Origin: Phycisphaeraceae bacterium
GTDB taxonomy: Bacteria; Planctomycetota; Phycisphaerae; Phycisphaerales; Phycisphaeraceae
DNA length: 64,000 nt
Direction of reading: 5' to 3'
NCBI GenBank assembly: GCA_963674705.1
Contig: OY771506.1
Span: 1,280,001 to 1,344,000 of the forward strand
The notes below the pieces were generated by a model. It was not told the origin of the DNA, searched no databases, and worked only from the letters and a program-made list of their open reading frames with translations. The translations under genes and the position numbers were made by a program. Positions 47,867-58,251 of this stretch are shown here, in pieces (positions within the stretch are counted from its first letter, which is position 1; the number at the start of each line of letters is the position of its first letter).

Positions 47867-48739
47867 ATGAAGACTTCCGTCTGGATCAAATGCGTTTTCG
47901 CGCTAGGCTTGTCCGTCGTACTACAAGTGCCGGCATCCGCTTATTTGTCCGGCACATGGAGTACGCGACAGGCGGGACATCTCAAGATGTGGTGGACAAC
48001 CAACGGTATCCGCGATCCTTACCCGTTCATCGATAGTGATATCGCCCCTCCGTCTAATAGCACTTACGAGTACCACTTCGTCGCACCACGCGAAAACATC
48101 AACGACATGCACGAGCAGTGGATACTCGATAAGAACAACAAGAAAACGTGCACCAACGCCTACACCGACGCCACCTATGCTCATGCATCTTTCGAAGACT
48201 TTTTCCTCGCACACCCATTCGATGAGGTGACCTACTTCGGTGTGGCGGATGAACTGGAGTTGAGCGATGTCGAGGTCTTCATCGACCTGACGATCTGGGG
48301 CGACCACGTATTCATGAACCCGCTGCCGGACCCCGAACTCGTTTATCAATTCAACATGGGCTTCTGCCCCGAGTTACCCGGCTATGAAGTACACAATGAT
48401 TCGCTCGGCGGCTTGTTCACCGGCCCGATGGTTGTTGTCAGCCAGACCCTGATCCGAGCCTTCGAGTCTATCCCGGGCGATGTCAATGGTGACGGCTTCG
48501 TCGGCCTCGATGATCTGGATATTATCCTTACCAACTGGAACCAGCCCGTGCCCCCGGCTGATGAACTAGCCGACCTTAACGGCGACCTCTACATCGGGCT
48601 CGATGATCTGGATGTCGTACTCACCCACTGGAACTTCGGCACCCCGCCCGTGAGTGATGTTGCCGTTCCCGAACCGGCGGCCGTGCTATGGTTGGGCTGT
48701 CTGCTTGGAATGCGATGTGTTCACCGGCGCCGCGTATGA
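47867..48739 (+). CDS. PEP-CTERM protein with dockerin-like repeats
   Basis: Signal peptide ASA. GDVNGDGFVGLDDLD and ADLNGDLYIGLDDLD repeats. C-terminal VPEPAAVLWLG...RRRV. Confidence 0.85.
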   Translation: MKTSVWIKCVFALGLSVVLQVPASAYLSGTWSTRQAGHLKMWWTTNGIRDPYPFIDSDIAPPSNSTYEYHFVAPRENINDMHEQWILDKNNKKTCTNAYTDATYAHASFEDFFLAHPFDEVTYFGVADELELSDVEVFIDLTIWGDHVFMNPLPDPELVYQFNMGFCPELPGYEVHNDSLGGLFTGPMVVVSQTLIRAFESIPGDVNGDGFVGLDDLDIILTNWNQPVPPADELADLNGDLYIGLDDLDVVLTHWNFGTPPVSDVAVPEPAAVLWLGCLLGMRCVHRRRV

Positions 48740-48809
48740 TCCATTTTCTTCTCTGGGTGACACCCATTTTGAGCTATAGGTAATGCCGTTGCGCATACTC
48801 TGCGCACTT

Positions 48810-49640
48810 TCAATCTGTCTTATAGATACGTTTGCCGCGTAAACCCTGGATGATAAACACCAGCGTGAACACAGCCGTGCACGTCAGCACGATGGCTCCC
48901 CCGCTGGAGATCGACAGGTAAAACGACAGGTACAGCCCCGTTGCCGTGCTCGCGCATGCCATGATGGATGCGACGATCATCATGTTGCGTAAACGTTTTG
49001 TCAGTAGCGCCGCCGTTGCCGCGGGCGTGATCAACATAGCGCTGGTCAGAACCACCCCCACCGCCTGGATGCCGGTTACCACCGCGAGCGCCAATAGAAT
49101 AAGCAGCACGTAACGCAAACGCCCCGCCGACAGGCCGATCACCTGTGCATGCGTCGGATCAACGCTGGTCAGCACCATCTCTTTGTGCAGCAGCACCAGC
49201 ACGCCGATGACAATCACTGCGACCACTGCTATCGCGATGAGGTCGGCGTTGGTGACGCCGAGGATGTTGCCGAAGAGCATGTGCGAGAAGTCTCGATAGC
49301 TCTGCGACCGGCTCATGATGACGATGCCTAATGCAAACATCCCCGTAAACATGATCCCGATCGCGGTGTCTTCGCGCAGTTGCCTGCGTCGGCTGAGCCA
49401 GCCGATGCCTATCGCCGTCGTGACCGCTGCAAGCACGGCGCCGAACAGCAGGTTCCAGCGGTTCAAATACGCAATCACCAGCCCGGGCAGCGTCGTGTGC
49501 GCCACCGCGTCGCCGATGAACGCCATGCGGCGAAGCACGACGTACACACCCAGCACTGCGCATGTCACGCTGATCAACATCCCCGACAGCAACGCCTGCT
49601 GCATGAACGGATACGTTAATGGTTGTACAAGCCAGTTCAC
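48810..49640 (-). CDS. Zn/Mn ABC transporter permease
   Basis: Motifs VVLRRMAFIGDAVAH, EDTAIG, LFGNILG and VGVVL..AMLITPA. Confidence 0.92.
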   Translation of the reverse strand: MNWLVQPLTYPFMQQALLSGMLISVTCAVLGVYVVLRRMAFIGDAVAHTTLPGLVIAYLNRWNLLFGAVLAAVTTAIGIGWLSRRRQLREDTAIGIMFTGMFALGIVIMSRSQSYRDFSHMLFGNILGVTNADLIAIAVVAVIVIGVLVLLHKEMVLTSVDPTHAQVIGLSAGRLRYVLLILLALAVVTGIQAVGVVLTSAMLITPAATAALLTKRLRNMMIVASIMACASTATGLYLSFYLSISSGGAIVLTCTAVFTLVFIIQGLRGKRIYKTD

Positions 49641-50413
49641 CCGACCATCTCCATCACATCATGCAACGATTCGGCCGCTGGTTGTACGCGCAGCACCCGG
49701 CCGCGCGACAGGTAAGCAACGGTGTCGAAACTCTGTTCCAGCCGTTCAATATGATGCGTGGCGACGACGACACTCCGCCCTTCTTCCGCGAGCTCGCAGA
49801 TCACCTGCTCGGTCATGATGCGCGTCTCGTTATCCACCGCGTTCCAGGGTTCATCCAGCAGGATCAGGTCCGCGTTCTGCGCCAGCGTTCGTGCCAGCAG
49901 TGTCCGTTGCTGTTGGCCGCCGGATAACTCACCGATCTGTCGGTCGGCCAGGTCGCCGACACCCAGGTGCCCCATTGTTTCCAACACGATCTTCTTATCT
50001 TTCCGGGATGGTCGGCGAAGCCAGCCCATGTACATGTACCGCCCGGTCATGACCAGTTGCTTTACGCTCATGGGAAACGACCAGTCCAGGTCACTGCGTT
50101 GCGGCAGATACGCCAGGCGGTGATGACATACGCCCACAGGCTGACCGAAGATGCGGATCTTGCCGCGCACCGGCTTGAGCAATCCCGCGACCGACTTGAG
50201 CACGGTGCTTTTGCCCGCCCCGTTGTGGCCGATCATCGCGACGCGCTCGCCGGGATGCACCGCCAGGTCCGCATCCGTCAACGCAAGCTCTTCACCGTTG
50301 TCATAACCAACGCACAACCCTTCAACGCGCAGCGCCGGCTCGCCCTCGATCTTCGGGGAATGACGGCGCCCCCCGTAAGGCAAACGCGGATGCTCGAAAC
50401 GCTCTCTACTCAC
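49637..50413 (-). CDS. Zn/Mn ABC transporter ATP-binding protein
   Basis: Motifs GHNGAGKST, YLPQ, LSGGQQQR and LLDEP. Confidence 0.93.
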   Translation of the reverse strand: MSRERFEHPRLPYGGRRHSPKIEGEPALRVEGLCVGYDNGEELALTDADLAVHPGERVAMIGHNGAGKSTVLKSVAGLLKPVRGKIRIFGQPVGVCHHRLAYLPQRSDLDWSFPMSVKQLVMTGRYMYMGWLRRPSRKDKKIVLETMGHLGVGDLADRQIGELSGGQQQRTLLARTLAQNADLILLDEPWNAVDNETRIMTEQVICELAEEGRSVVVATHHIERLEQSFDTVAYLSRGRVLRVQPAAESLHDVMEMVG

Positions 50414-51423
50414 CGCAGCGCCCCGACGATTGTCTGCACGTTCTGTCGCATCATCTTTTCATAGCTGTCGCCGTCCGATCCTTCGGGCCCGAGCGCGTCG
50501 CTGTAGAGCGAGCCGATCACCGTCACGCCCGCATCTTCAGCGATCCGGCGCGTCAGGTCGGGGCTGAGCATGTTCTCGACAAACACCGCACGCACGTCGG
50601 CGTCTTTGATCTGATCGATCACCTTCGCCATGTCCGCCGCAGACGGGTCCGAGCCCTCGCTCGATACCGAGCCCATCACGGTGATCACTTCAAAGCCGTA
50701 CCGATCCGCGAAGTAGCCCATCGCGTTGTGCGTCATCACCAGCTTGCGGTTCGCCTGCGGGATCGTTGCGACTTGTTCAGCGATCCATGTGTCCAGCTCA
50801 TTCAGGCGGGCAACATAGGCATCGCAATTAGCGCGGTAGGCATCAGCATGCTCCGGGTCGGCCGCGATCAATTCCTCGGCGATCACTTTGGCCATGGACG
50901 CGACGTTGCGTACATCATGCCAGGCGTGCGGGTCGAAATCGCCGTGATGATGGTGCTGGTGTTCTTGGCTGTGTTCCGCGTGCTCTGCATGTTCGTGTTC
51001 GTTCTCGGGCTCGTGGCTGTCTTCATCCTCGTGCATAGCCTGACGCGGCTCGATATCGCGCGTAACCGCAACACGCTTGGCTTGTGTCTTGCTGCCTTGG
51101 TAGAAGTCATCAAACCAAATCTCAAAGGCAAGGCCGTTCTCAAACACCAATCGTGCATCAGTCAACGCGATGCTGTCGCGCGGCGTCGGCTCATATGTAT
51201 GTGCATCCCCATCCGAACCGACCAGCACCGCCAACTCGATGTGATCACCCCCGACCTGCCTGACCAGATCGCCCAGGATGCTGTAGGTCGCCACCACTTT
51301 CATCTTGCCTGCGACTGACGGATCAGCACCGTCCGCTTGCCCCGGCGAAGACCGATCGCAACCATACAACCCCGCCAGCCCAATGATGAGCAGTCCCAGC
51401 ACGACCCGCTTGAACTTCCACAT
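50410..51423 (-). CDS. Zn/Mn ABC transporter substrate-binding lipoprotein with His-rich loop
   Basis: Lipobox LYGC. Motifs DAHTYEP, His/Glu-rich loop, DPHAW and HNAMGYF. Confidence 0.93.
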   Translation of the reverse strand: MWKFKRVVLGLLIIGLAGLYGCDRSSPGQADGADPSVAGKMKVVATYSILGDLVRQVGGDHIELAVLVGSDGDAHTYEPTPRDSIALTDARLVFENGLAFEIWFDDFYQGSKTQAKRVAVTRDIEPRQAMHEDEDSHEPENEHEHAEHAEHSQEHQHHHHGDFDPHAWHDVRNVASMAKVIAEELIAADPEHADAYRANCDAYVARLNELDTWIAEQVATIPQANRKLVMTHNAMGYFADRYGFEVITVMGSVSSEGSDPSAADMAKVIDQIKDADVRAVFVENMLSPDLTRRIAEDAGVTVIGSLYSDALGPEGSDGDSYEKMMRQNVQTIVGALR

Positions 51424-51455
51424 AAACAGCCCTTCTTGAATTCCCGCACTACAAC

Positions 51456-51501
51456 TATTGAGAACACGATATCAACAATAAGTGATAATAGCTTCTCAAT
51501 A
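51456..51501. promoter_or_regulatory. Candidate Fur/Zur-family operator (two tandem boxes)
   Basis: ttgagaa-cacg-atatcaa and gtgataa-tagc-ttctcaa, with outer perfect inverted repeat tattgagaa/ttctcaata, upstream of the metal uptake operon. Confidence 0.6.
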
Positions 51502-51664
51502 ATAGGAAATCAAGCACGTAAAAAATATTTTTAGTGCCTGTCAAATAAAGGATTGCAGATTTTGCGCCTCCCCGGCTCCCACGCCCCCTCCCCCGTTTAA
51601 CGGTGGAACTTGTTCCACCCATTGGCCCCCAGGGCCAATTCCTACCCCCCCTGGGATTCCATCC

Positions 51665-52114
51665 TCAATACGCCCCCGGCACCGGGACCGCCATGATCTG
51701 GACATCCAACGCCGACGCCATCTGCTTGCAGGCTTCCCATTCCTTGTCGCTGATGCAGGCGGACTGCCGTTCGCCGTAGATGATCCGTGCCACGCCGACC
51801 TGCAGCAGCCTGCGGAAGCAGGCCGCGCATGGCGGGCCCGTGACGTACGCTGTCGCGCCGCGCAGATCACAACGCGCAAACGCCACCGCGTTGTCCTCGG
51901 CATGAATAAACCAGTCGTACTTCTCCGGCCTCGTCAACGGCACGATCTCGTTCGGCAATCCCGCGACAGGCCCGTTATAACCCGTGCTGATCACCCGGTG
52001 CCCCTGATCAACCAGCACACATCCGTGCTTCGTATGCACATCCGGCGAACGCCGACTCACCTGCTCCGCGATCGTTAAAAAGTATTCATCCCAGGAGGGC
52101 CGTTCAGTGCTCAT
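51665..52114 (-). CDS. dCMP deaminase family protein
   Basis: Motifs RPSWDEYF, STGYNG, HAEDNA and PCAAC. Confidence 0.9.
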   Translation of the reverse strand: MSTERPSWDEYFLTIAEQVSRRSPDVHTKHGCVLVDQGHRVISTGYNGPVAGLPNEIVPLTRPEKYDWFIHAEDNAVAFARCDLRGATAYVTGPPCAACFRRLLQVGVARIIYGERQSACISDKEWEACKQMASALDVQIMAVPVPGAY

Positions 52115-52300
52115 GTTTGGCTCGATGTAAAAGAAACCTGTTAAGGCGGGTCTTCAGACAACGTGATGCTATATTATCCACCACGCTTTGTCACCGTGAG
52201 ATCAAGATGTATTCGTCGGCCTTTACTCCCTCTCCCCGCGGGAGAGGGCTGGGGTGAGGGCCGGATTGACGTACGTCTGAAGTGATTACTGCGACGTAGA

Positions 52301-53188
52301 CTAATAATCCATATAGTCAAACTTTCTCAGATACTCATACCACAACGGCTCAATCTCTTCGATCGCACCGATGTGTTTTCGAAATGCATCCAGCGTCCCA
52401 TGTTCCAATATCAGCGGTTTGATGCCTGCTCGATAACGCCCGTCGTCGTAGTGATAGAGGAAGTGGGCCAGGCTGAACCAGTGCATGTAGTACAGGTTGA
52501 CGTGCTGGTCGATGTCGGGGCCGCCGCGATCCTTAATGAGAATCTCAAGCGGGATGAATCGCTCATTCTGGATGTCGGCCGCGATGTCGCCGGTGAAGAC
52601 CATGTCGCCTCGCCACCATACCGGGTAGGTATTGCTATCCACTTCGCCTAAGTGCAGTTTTCCATCGCGCCACGTGCTCGTGCCGAAGTATTCTGCGATC
52701 CCCTCGTTAAGCCAGCGCGGCAGGTCCAGGTGCGCAACCTCCGCGTTCAGTTGATGCGTCGCCTCGTGCGTCATCCAGTGATACGGATTCGGCTCACCCT
52801 CGGAATAGTATTGATGACAATACGGCTTGCGGTAGAACGCCTCCGCCCATCCGCTGAGCGGGTTATATCGCTTGAACTCATCCCGATCCTTATAAAGTTT
52901 AAGCTTGAGCTTCGGATGCTCAGCCGAAAGATCGGGCAGGTCGGCGAACTCCGTCGTGTAAGCCGCGTAGAGCGCTTCAGCCACATCCAGGATGTTCTGC
53001 GTCTGCGCTTCGCTCGCGGTGGAATAGCAAACATAATGCTGCGACTCGGCCGTCAGATCGTAAAACCAAGGCCGCCTGACATACAAGAACGCCGCCAGCG
53101 CCACCGCCAGCATCAGAAGCATCCGAACTTCACGCCCCTTTAACTTCCGCTTAAAAATCGCCAACCCAACCTCCCGGCATTCTTGCAT
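52301..53188 (-). CDS. DUF1570-like zincin metallopeptidase, membrane anchored
   Basis: HEATHQ...PRWLNEGIAEYF and an N-terminal TM helix. Start uncertain. Confidence 0.75.
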   Translation of the reverse strand: MQECREVGLAIFKRKLKGREVRMLLMLAVALAAFLYVRRPWFYDLTAESQHYVCYSTASEAQTQNILDVAEALYAAYTTEFADLPDLSAEHPKLKLKLYKDRDEFKRYNPLSGWAEAFYRKPYCHQYYSEGEPNPYHWMTHEATHQLNAEVAHLDLPRWLNEGIAEYFGTSTWRDGKLHLGEVDSNTYPVWWRGDMVFTGDIAADIQNERFIPLEILIKDRGGPDIDQHVNLYYMHWFSLAHFLYHYDDGRYRAGIKPLILEHGTLDAFRKHIGAIEEIEPLWYEYLRKFDYMDY

Positions 53189-53697
53189 CAGGATAAAACC
53201 GATCACACAAAGACTTCGGCCCTCACCCCGGCCCTCTCCCAAGACAACAAATTCGATCTACGCTGTAACCATATAAACAAGAAGGCAATTGGCCACAGAT
53301 AAATACAGATGAACACGGATCAGAAAAAGTCTGTTTTGAATAACTTGAATCAAGATGCATTTTTAGCCTCTTGAACCGCGATGAATCTGATGCCAATTAG
53401 ATTATCTTGTTTTACATCCGTGTTCATCTGTGGCTAATCGTAGTCTGGATACATGCTTCGAGTATAGATCGAATATGCTCTGCAAGAGCAGAGGAAGTAA
53501 GCACACCAGAATCTGCGCAATCCCCGTAATCTGCGGATACCTCTTCTTCCTTCTTATCCGCGTTCATCTGTGTTCATCCCTGTTCCATCTCGTCTTTCTC
53601 TGCGCCCTCTGTGTTCTCCGCGGTTACTCCCCCTTCACCCAATCCTTCCCGTAATTAGGTCCGCACCCGCCCGGACAAGAAGCAGAGCCAACGCGAT

Positions 53698-54204
53698 TCA
53701 TCTCCCATCCCAAACCGTCTGAACCCGATACCGACCGCGAATCTCCGCCGTATCGTCATTCTCATCCATACAGATCGACGCGATGCCAATGACAGTCGCG
53801 CTCTGCGATTCAATCAGCCGGATCGCAGCCTTAACCTGCGCCCCCGTCTCGATCCATTCATCCACCACCAGCACACGCATCCCCGGCCGAAACGCATCTT
53901 TCCTCACCTCAAGCCTTTTCACCTCACCCGTATAGTCTGTGCATTCTGCAACATCGACCTCTACCGGTAGCTTGCCGCCCTTGCGAATCGGAACCACGCC
54001 CACACCAAGCCGACGCGCCACCGCCGTACCAAGAATAAACCCAAGCGCATCAATACAAGCCACGCAATCCACCCCGCCATCGTCAAACGGCTCAGCAAGG
54101 TCTTCAACCAGTTGCCCCAGACAATCACGATCCGCAAACAACGGCGTCACGTCATAACGGTTGCCCAATGTCTTCGTATCAATCTTCTCAAGATACGGCT
54201 TCAT
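53698..54204 (-). CDS. apt: Adenine phosphoribosyltransferase-like
   Basis: Motifs DVTPLF, DALGFILG, IRKGGKLP and VLVVDEWIETG. Confidence 0.75.
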   Translation of the reverse strand: MKPYLEKIDTKTLGNRYDVTPLFADRDCLGQLVEDLAEPFDDGGVDCVACIDALGFILGTAVARRLGVGVVPIRKGGKLPVEVDVAECTDYTGEVKRLEVRKDAFRPGMRVLVVDEWIETGAQVKAAIRLIESQSATVIGIASICMDENDDTAEIRGRYRVQTVWDGR

Positions 54205-54302
54205 GCGTTTTAGATTATCTGATCCCATCAAACAATCCAATCAGCACGCCATGCATGCCTGTCCGTTTTCTTTCTCCCTCTCCCCTCGGGAGAGGGTCGG
54301 GG

Positions 54303-54376
54303 TGAGGGCCGGATTCCTTATGCATCAATCCGCAATACTCCCCCGTTTAACGGGCGATCGCAGATCGCCGCGCAGC
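54303..54376 (+). repeat. 74-bp direct repeat, second copy at 55399-55472
   Basis: 68/74 identical by eye alignment. The pair flanks the PEP-CTERM gene. Confidence 0.88.
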
Positions 54377-54547
54377 AAAATGTACCCAACTACTTGCGCA
54401 ACTTGCTCAGCACAGAGACCCGCGTCGAACGCAGTTGTTTTTTAAAAGATATTCTTGACTTAATGGGGGGGAGTAATACATTGTTGATTACATTCGTGCC
54501 GGGACGTTTCCGGATAAACATCAATTTAATATGAAAGGATTCAGAAG

Positions 54548-55294
54548 ATGGGGTCACAGGGACGTGTAAGACGCGCCAATCTATGGTTGCCATATCCTGG
54601 GATCGGTTTACCCGTCCTCATGGTATTCGCATCCACACTTGCCAAACCTCAATCCGCGCAAGGTGATATCGTGACACTGCAGGTCACGGGCTCAGTGACT
54701 TCAGTAAACTCCATGGACCCTCCTGGATTATTCGATCTGGATGGCTCCGTGACCGTCGGCAGCCCCTACTCTCTCACATTCACGATTGATACGAATGCCC
54801 CAGACATCAATCCCGATACGGACTACGGACGCTATCTATACGTGACATCTAACGGCAGCCTTGGCAACTATGCATGGAATAGCGGCCCAGCCCCAGTTTA
54901 TGAAGTCGAAACGGAGAACGATTTAGGCGGCATTGAAGACAGATATCTGTTGGGGCAACCCGATCCGGTCGTAACCGGGAATTTTGTTTTGGATGGCAAC
55001 CTTACGACGCTCGACAACGCATCATTCAGTTTCGTCTACGCAGGCATCCGTCTATCAGATGCAACCGCGACCGCACTGGATAGCGATGCCCTGGTAATCC
55101 CTGAATTAACCGACTGGGATACCGGGGTGTTCACGATGCACTTCATACTCGACGAGGGCCAAACCGGGATCGATGCCAGTATATTGATCGAGGGTTCGGT
55201 CGATAGCATCCTGATACCTGAGCCCGGAGCCGTGGCAACAGTCGCGAGTTTTACGGTGGGATACATTTTGAATAGGCGTCGTATTCATGTGTGA
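54548..55294 (+). CDS. PEP-CTERM protein
   Basis: C-terminal IPEPGAVATVASFTVGYILNRRRIHV and a Ser/Thr/Asp-rich beta domain. Start uncertain. Confidence 0.75.
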   Translation: MGSQGRVRRANLWLPYPGIGLPVLMVFASTLAKPQSAQGDIVTLQVTGSVTSVNSMDPPGLFDLDGSVTVGSPYSLTFTIDTNAPDINPDTDYGRYLYVTSNGSLGNYAWNSGPAPVYEVETENDLGGIEDRYLLGQPDPVVTGNFVLDGNLTTLDNASFSFVYAGIRLSDATATALDSDALVIPELTDWDTGVFTMHFILDEGQTGIDASILIEGSVDSILIPEPGAVATVASFTVGYILNRRRIHV

Positions 55295-55315
55295 TTCAGT
55301 TAGTAGGTCCGCACT

Positions 55316-55364
55316 TGCCCGGGCCTACAAAACTGTGCACGGCGCGGGACAGCATCTTACCCCC
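55316..55364 (+). repeat. 49-bp direct repeat, second copy at 56592-56640
   Basis: 44/49 identical. The pair flanks the nucleosidase gene. Confidence 0.85.
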
Positions 55365-55648
55365 CCCTCCCCTTGGGAGCCCCCGGAGTTGACCGGGCTG
55401 AGGGCCGGATTCCCTATTCATCAATCCGCAACACTCCCCCGTATGGCGGGCGATCGCAGATCGCCGCGCAGCCGTGCCAAGTTTCGTCAGTACAGCCGCA
55501 AATCGTGTTGATTCTTCTATAAACTAAGATCGACATGAGCGACTCACTGTATCATGTTAACGTTGTGTCTCAACCACAAGTTGTTACGGCACGTATATAA
55601 CGTAGTCCCTGACAGATCGGATGATGCACTTCCGCAAGGAGGATCGCG

Positions 55649-56479
55649 ATGCGCAACAGTTGCTTGCTGATTCTGATCTGGTTAACTCTCTTCACATGCA
55701 ATGGGTGTGCACATACTTCCGGACCCGTGACCGGCATCGTTGGAGGGCTTGATCACGAAGTGGCCCCTCTTGTGGCTGATCTAACGCATGCCAAGAAGCG
55801 CGTGATTCAAGGCATTGAATTTACAACCGGTGAGTTGCAAGGCAAACAGGTCGTCATCACCACCGGCGGTTTTGGTAAGGTCAATACCGCGATCACTACC
55901 ACACTCTTAATCGATCGTTTTCAGCCCGATCAAGTGCTGTCAATCGGCTCCGCGGGCGCAGTCAATCCCTCACTTGAAGCCGGCGACATCGTGATCGCTG
56001 AGCGCGTCACCTACCATGATCTGGGCAAGTACACGCCGGAGGGCTTTGTACCAAGCCCCAGCCGCAATCCACTTGCCAGCGGGGAGAAAACCCTTTTCTT
56101 CGAATGTGACAGCCGACTCGTGTCACGATCGCTGAGGACAGCCGGTTATCCCGAAACTACAACCGAAAACAAAACAGAACCACACACGCTAAGGGTGCGA
56201 TCGGGCGTTATCGTCTCGGGCGATTCTTTTATCGCATCTTCAGACAAGCGAACGGAATTACACCAACGCTTCGACGCCGACGCCGTAGACATGGAATCCG
56301 CCGTGGTCGCCCAGGTGTGCTGGCAGCGCGGTATACCTTTCATAGCAATCCGCGGGATCAGTGATCGGGCGGATGATACCGCCAAATCAGACTATGTCAG
56401 GAATTGTGAAGTCGCAGCAATCAACGTGACAGAGCTGGTTCGTCGGATCGTGAATGCAAGCGGTGGCAAATCAGGCTGA
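55649..56479 (+). CDS. mtnN: 5'-methylthioadenosine/S-adenosylhomocysteine nucleosidase with N-terminal signal or lipoprotein peptide
   Basis: Motifs GFGKVNTA, GSAGA, GDIVI, SGDSFI, DMES and IRGISDRAD. Leader MRNSCLLILIWLTLFTCNGC. Confidence 0.8.
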   Translation: MRNSCLLILIWLTLFTCNGCAHTSGPVTGIVGGLDHEVAPLVADLTHAKKRVIQGIEFTTGELQGKQVVITTGGFGKVNTAITTTLLIDRFQPDQVLSIGSAGAVNPSLEAGDIVIAERVTYHDLGKYTPEGFVPSPSRNPLASGEKTLFFECDSRLVSRSLRTAGYPETTTENKTEPHTLRVRSGVIVSGDSFIASSDKRTELHQRFDADAVDMESAVVAQVCWQRGIPFIAIRGISDRADDTAKSDYVRNCEVAAINVTELVRRIVNASGGKSG

Positions 56480-56807
56480 GTTCCTGGAATATGCTTGCGC
56501 AGATTTTGAGATCGTCTTACCACATACCGAGTACTTTATGGGTATCGCTCAATTCATCCTGCCCGGACAAGCTTAGAAGTTTGTTAAGTTATGCCCGGGC
56601 ATACAAAACCGTGCACGGCGCGTGACAGCTTCTTGCCCCCTCTCCCCTCCGGGAGAGGGCCGGGGTGAGGGCCGTTGCGTAACATCCGTACGATATTAAA
56701 TACGTGATCATGATTCGTGTCTTCGCCATTCACGACAATCTTCACGCACGATCAACCCGGCCCTCACCCTAACCCTCTCCCGCGGGGAGAGGGGATAAGA
56801 TTCATCC

Positions 56808-56876
56808 GTAGGTCCGGGCCTGACCGGACAAACGTAGACGTTTCGTGAACTTATGTCCGGGCTGGCCCGGACCTAC
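56808..56876. repeat. GTAG-type REP doublet (REPIN-like)
   Basis: gtaggtccgggcctgaccggaca...tgtccgggctggcccggacctac. Partial copies at about 53657, 55303 and 56558. Confidence 0.85.
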
Positions 56877-56884
56877 AAAACTTC

Positions 56885-57193
56885 CTATTCCAGGAAGTTC
56901 TGGTCAACGAACACTTCTGCAAACTGTTGTGGTGTGAGTTGTACACCCTTGTCAAGAGATACGGCTTTATTTTTGTGCCACATGTCATTGACCAAGTCCG
57001 GCATGTTGGATGGAAAGTCCATGATGGATGCAATAATCTCGTGCCATTGCCCCTGTTTGCCATAGGTTTCCTGTAGCTTTGGCGTCATTGTTGACAGAGT
57101 TGCCTGTTGCGAATCATCCAACTCTGTAATCGCCCATAGCACATAGCACTCAAGCAGTCGTATTAACGGCTTTCCATCGTATCGAGTAGTCAT
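56885..57193 (-). CDS. Small hypothetical protein
   Basis: 102-aa lower-GC ORF with aaaggggg RBS. Confidence 0.7.
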   Translation of the reverse strand: MTTRYDGKPLIRLLECYVLWAITELDDSQQATLSTMTPKLQETYGKQGQWHEIIASIMDFPSNMPDLVNDMWHKNKAVSLDKGVQLTPQQFAEVFVDQNFLE

Positions 57194-57257
57194 TGTCCCC
57201 CTTTCAGAATAATTCTGGGTCTACGGTCGAAAAGTCCCCACACATAAATATACCCCC

Positions 57258-58226
57258 CTACTCCTCCGCCACCCTTAACACCTGCCCCTGTATCGTCTCG
57301 ATCAACCTTCGTTGAATCGTCGTGCTTGGCGCGCGGATGGTGAAGTCGATGGTGGTGGTCTGCGTGCTGTTGCGGCCGACGGCTTCGTGGCGCGACAGGT
57401 CGTACATGATCTGCGTTTGCAGTTCGCCCTTGACGAGTTTGACATCGGCGGGCGGTAAATTCTCGGGGATGCTTGAACGGTCGAGGTCGAGTTTGAGTTT
57501 GGCTTTGCCGTCGATGATCGCGATCGGGACGCCGGCCAGGTCCTCGACGTTGCTGAAGGTGTACTTCATGTTTTGAGACAGGAAACCCTCGAACGGGCGG
57601 TCGGCCCAGGTCCACTTCATGTCCGCGTCCCACTTCTTGCCGACGGTCGTTGACTCGGGCGCAGCGACGAGGGTCGCAAGGTCGGTTGCGGTCTCGATGA
57701 AGTCCAGTTCTTCGGGGACCATGTCTTTGTAGTCGGCCTTGATGCGCGAGCTGATCGCGTTGATCCCGTCGACCTTCGTCACCGTCCCGTCGGCGGCGAC
57801 GCTGACTTTCAGCGGCACGCCCATCATCGCTTTAAGCATTTCATGGTAAGGCGGGATGTCGCCCGACGACTTGCGCGAATCGTTGGTCATCAGTTCGCCG
57901 TCCGGGCGCAGGAGGCTCAGGCTCAGCCATTCGAGCGTCATCGTGCACGTCGATGAGCCGTCGGCTTTGACCTTGTCGACTTTCCAGTTAATCTCGCCTT
58001 CGCTGGTCATCTTCAATCCGCTGCTGCGCTTCTGCCCGGCAATCGTGATCGTCGCTTCCTGTTCCCGGCTGGTCCAGACCTCGTAGCGAGCGGCCTGGCC
58101 TTCCTTCCATTGCGGGCGCAGGTTGTATTCTTGCGCCTGTTGAGCTGAAGCGATAGACGTCAGCAGCAATAGCGCAAGCGCCGCGGCCAAACTGATAACC
58201 GTTTTATTTGTTCCGCAGCGCATCAT
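57258..58226 (-). CDS. Secreted protein, DUF6263-like beta-rich
   Basis: Signal peptide ASA-QQ. YNLRPQWKEG, V..DGTVTKVDG and VGKKW. Confidence 0.6.
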   Translation of the reverse strand: MMRCGTNKTVISLAAALALLLLTSIASAQQAQEYNLRPQWKEGQAARYEVWTSREQEATITIAGQKRSSGLKMTSEGEINWKVDKVKADGSSTCTMTLEWLSLSLLRPDGELMTNDSRKSSGDIPPYHEMLKAMMGVPLKVSVAADGTVTKVDGINAISSRIKADYKDMVPEELDFIETATDLATLVAAPESTTVGKKWDADMKWTWADRPFEGFLSQNMKYTFSNVEDLAGVPIAIIDGKAKLKLDLDRSSIPENLPPADVKLVKGELQTQIMYDLSRHEAVGRNSTQTTTIDFTIRAPSTTIQRRLIETIQGQVLRVAEE

Positions 58227-58251
58227 CGTTTCCTTTCGTATTCCCGATCAA

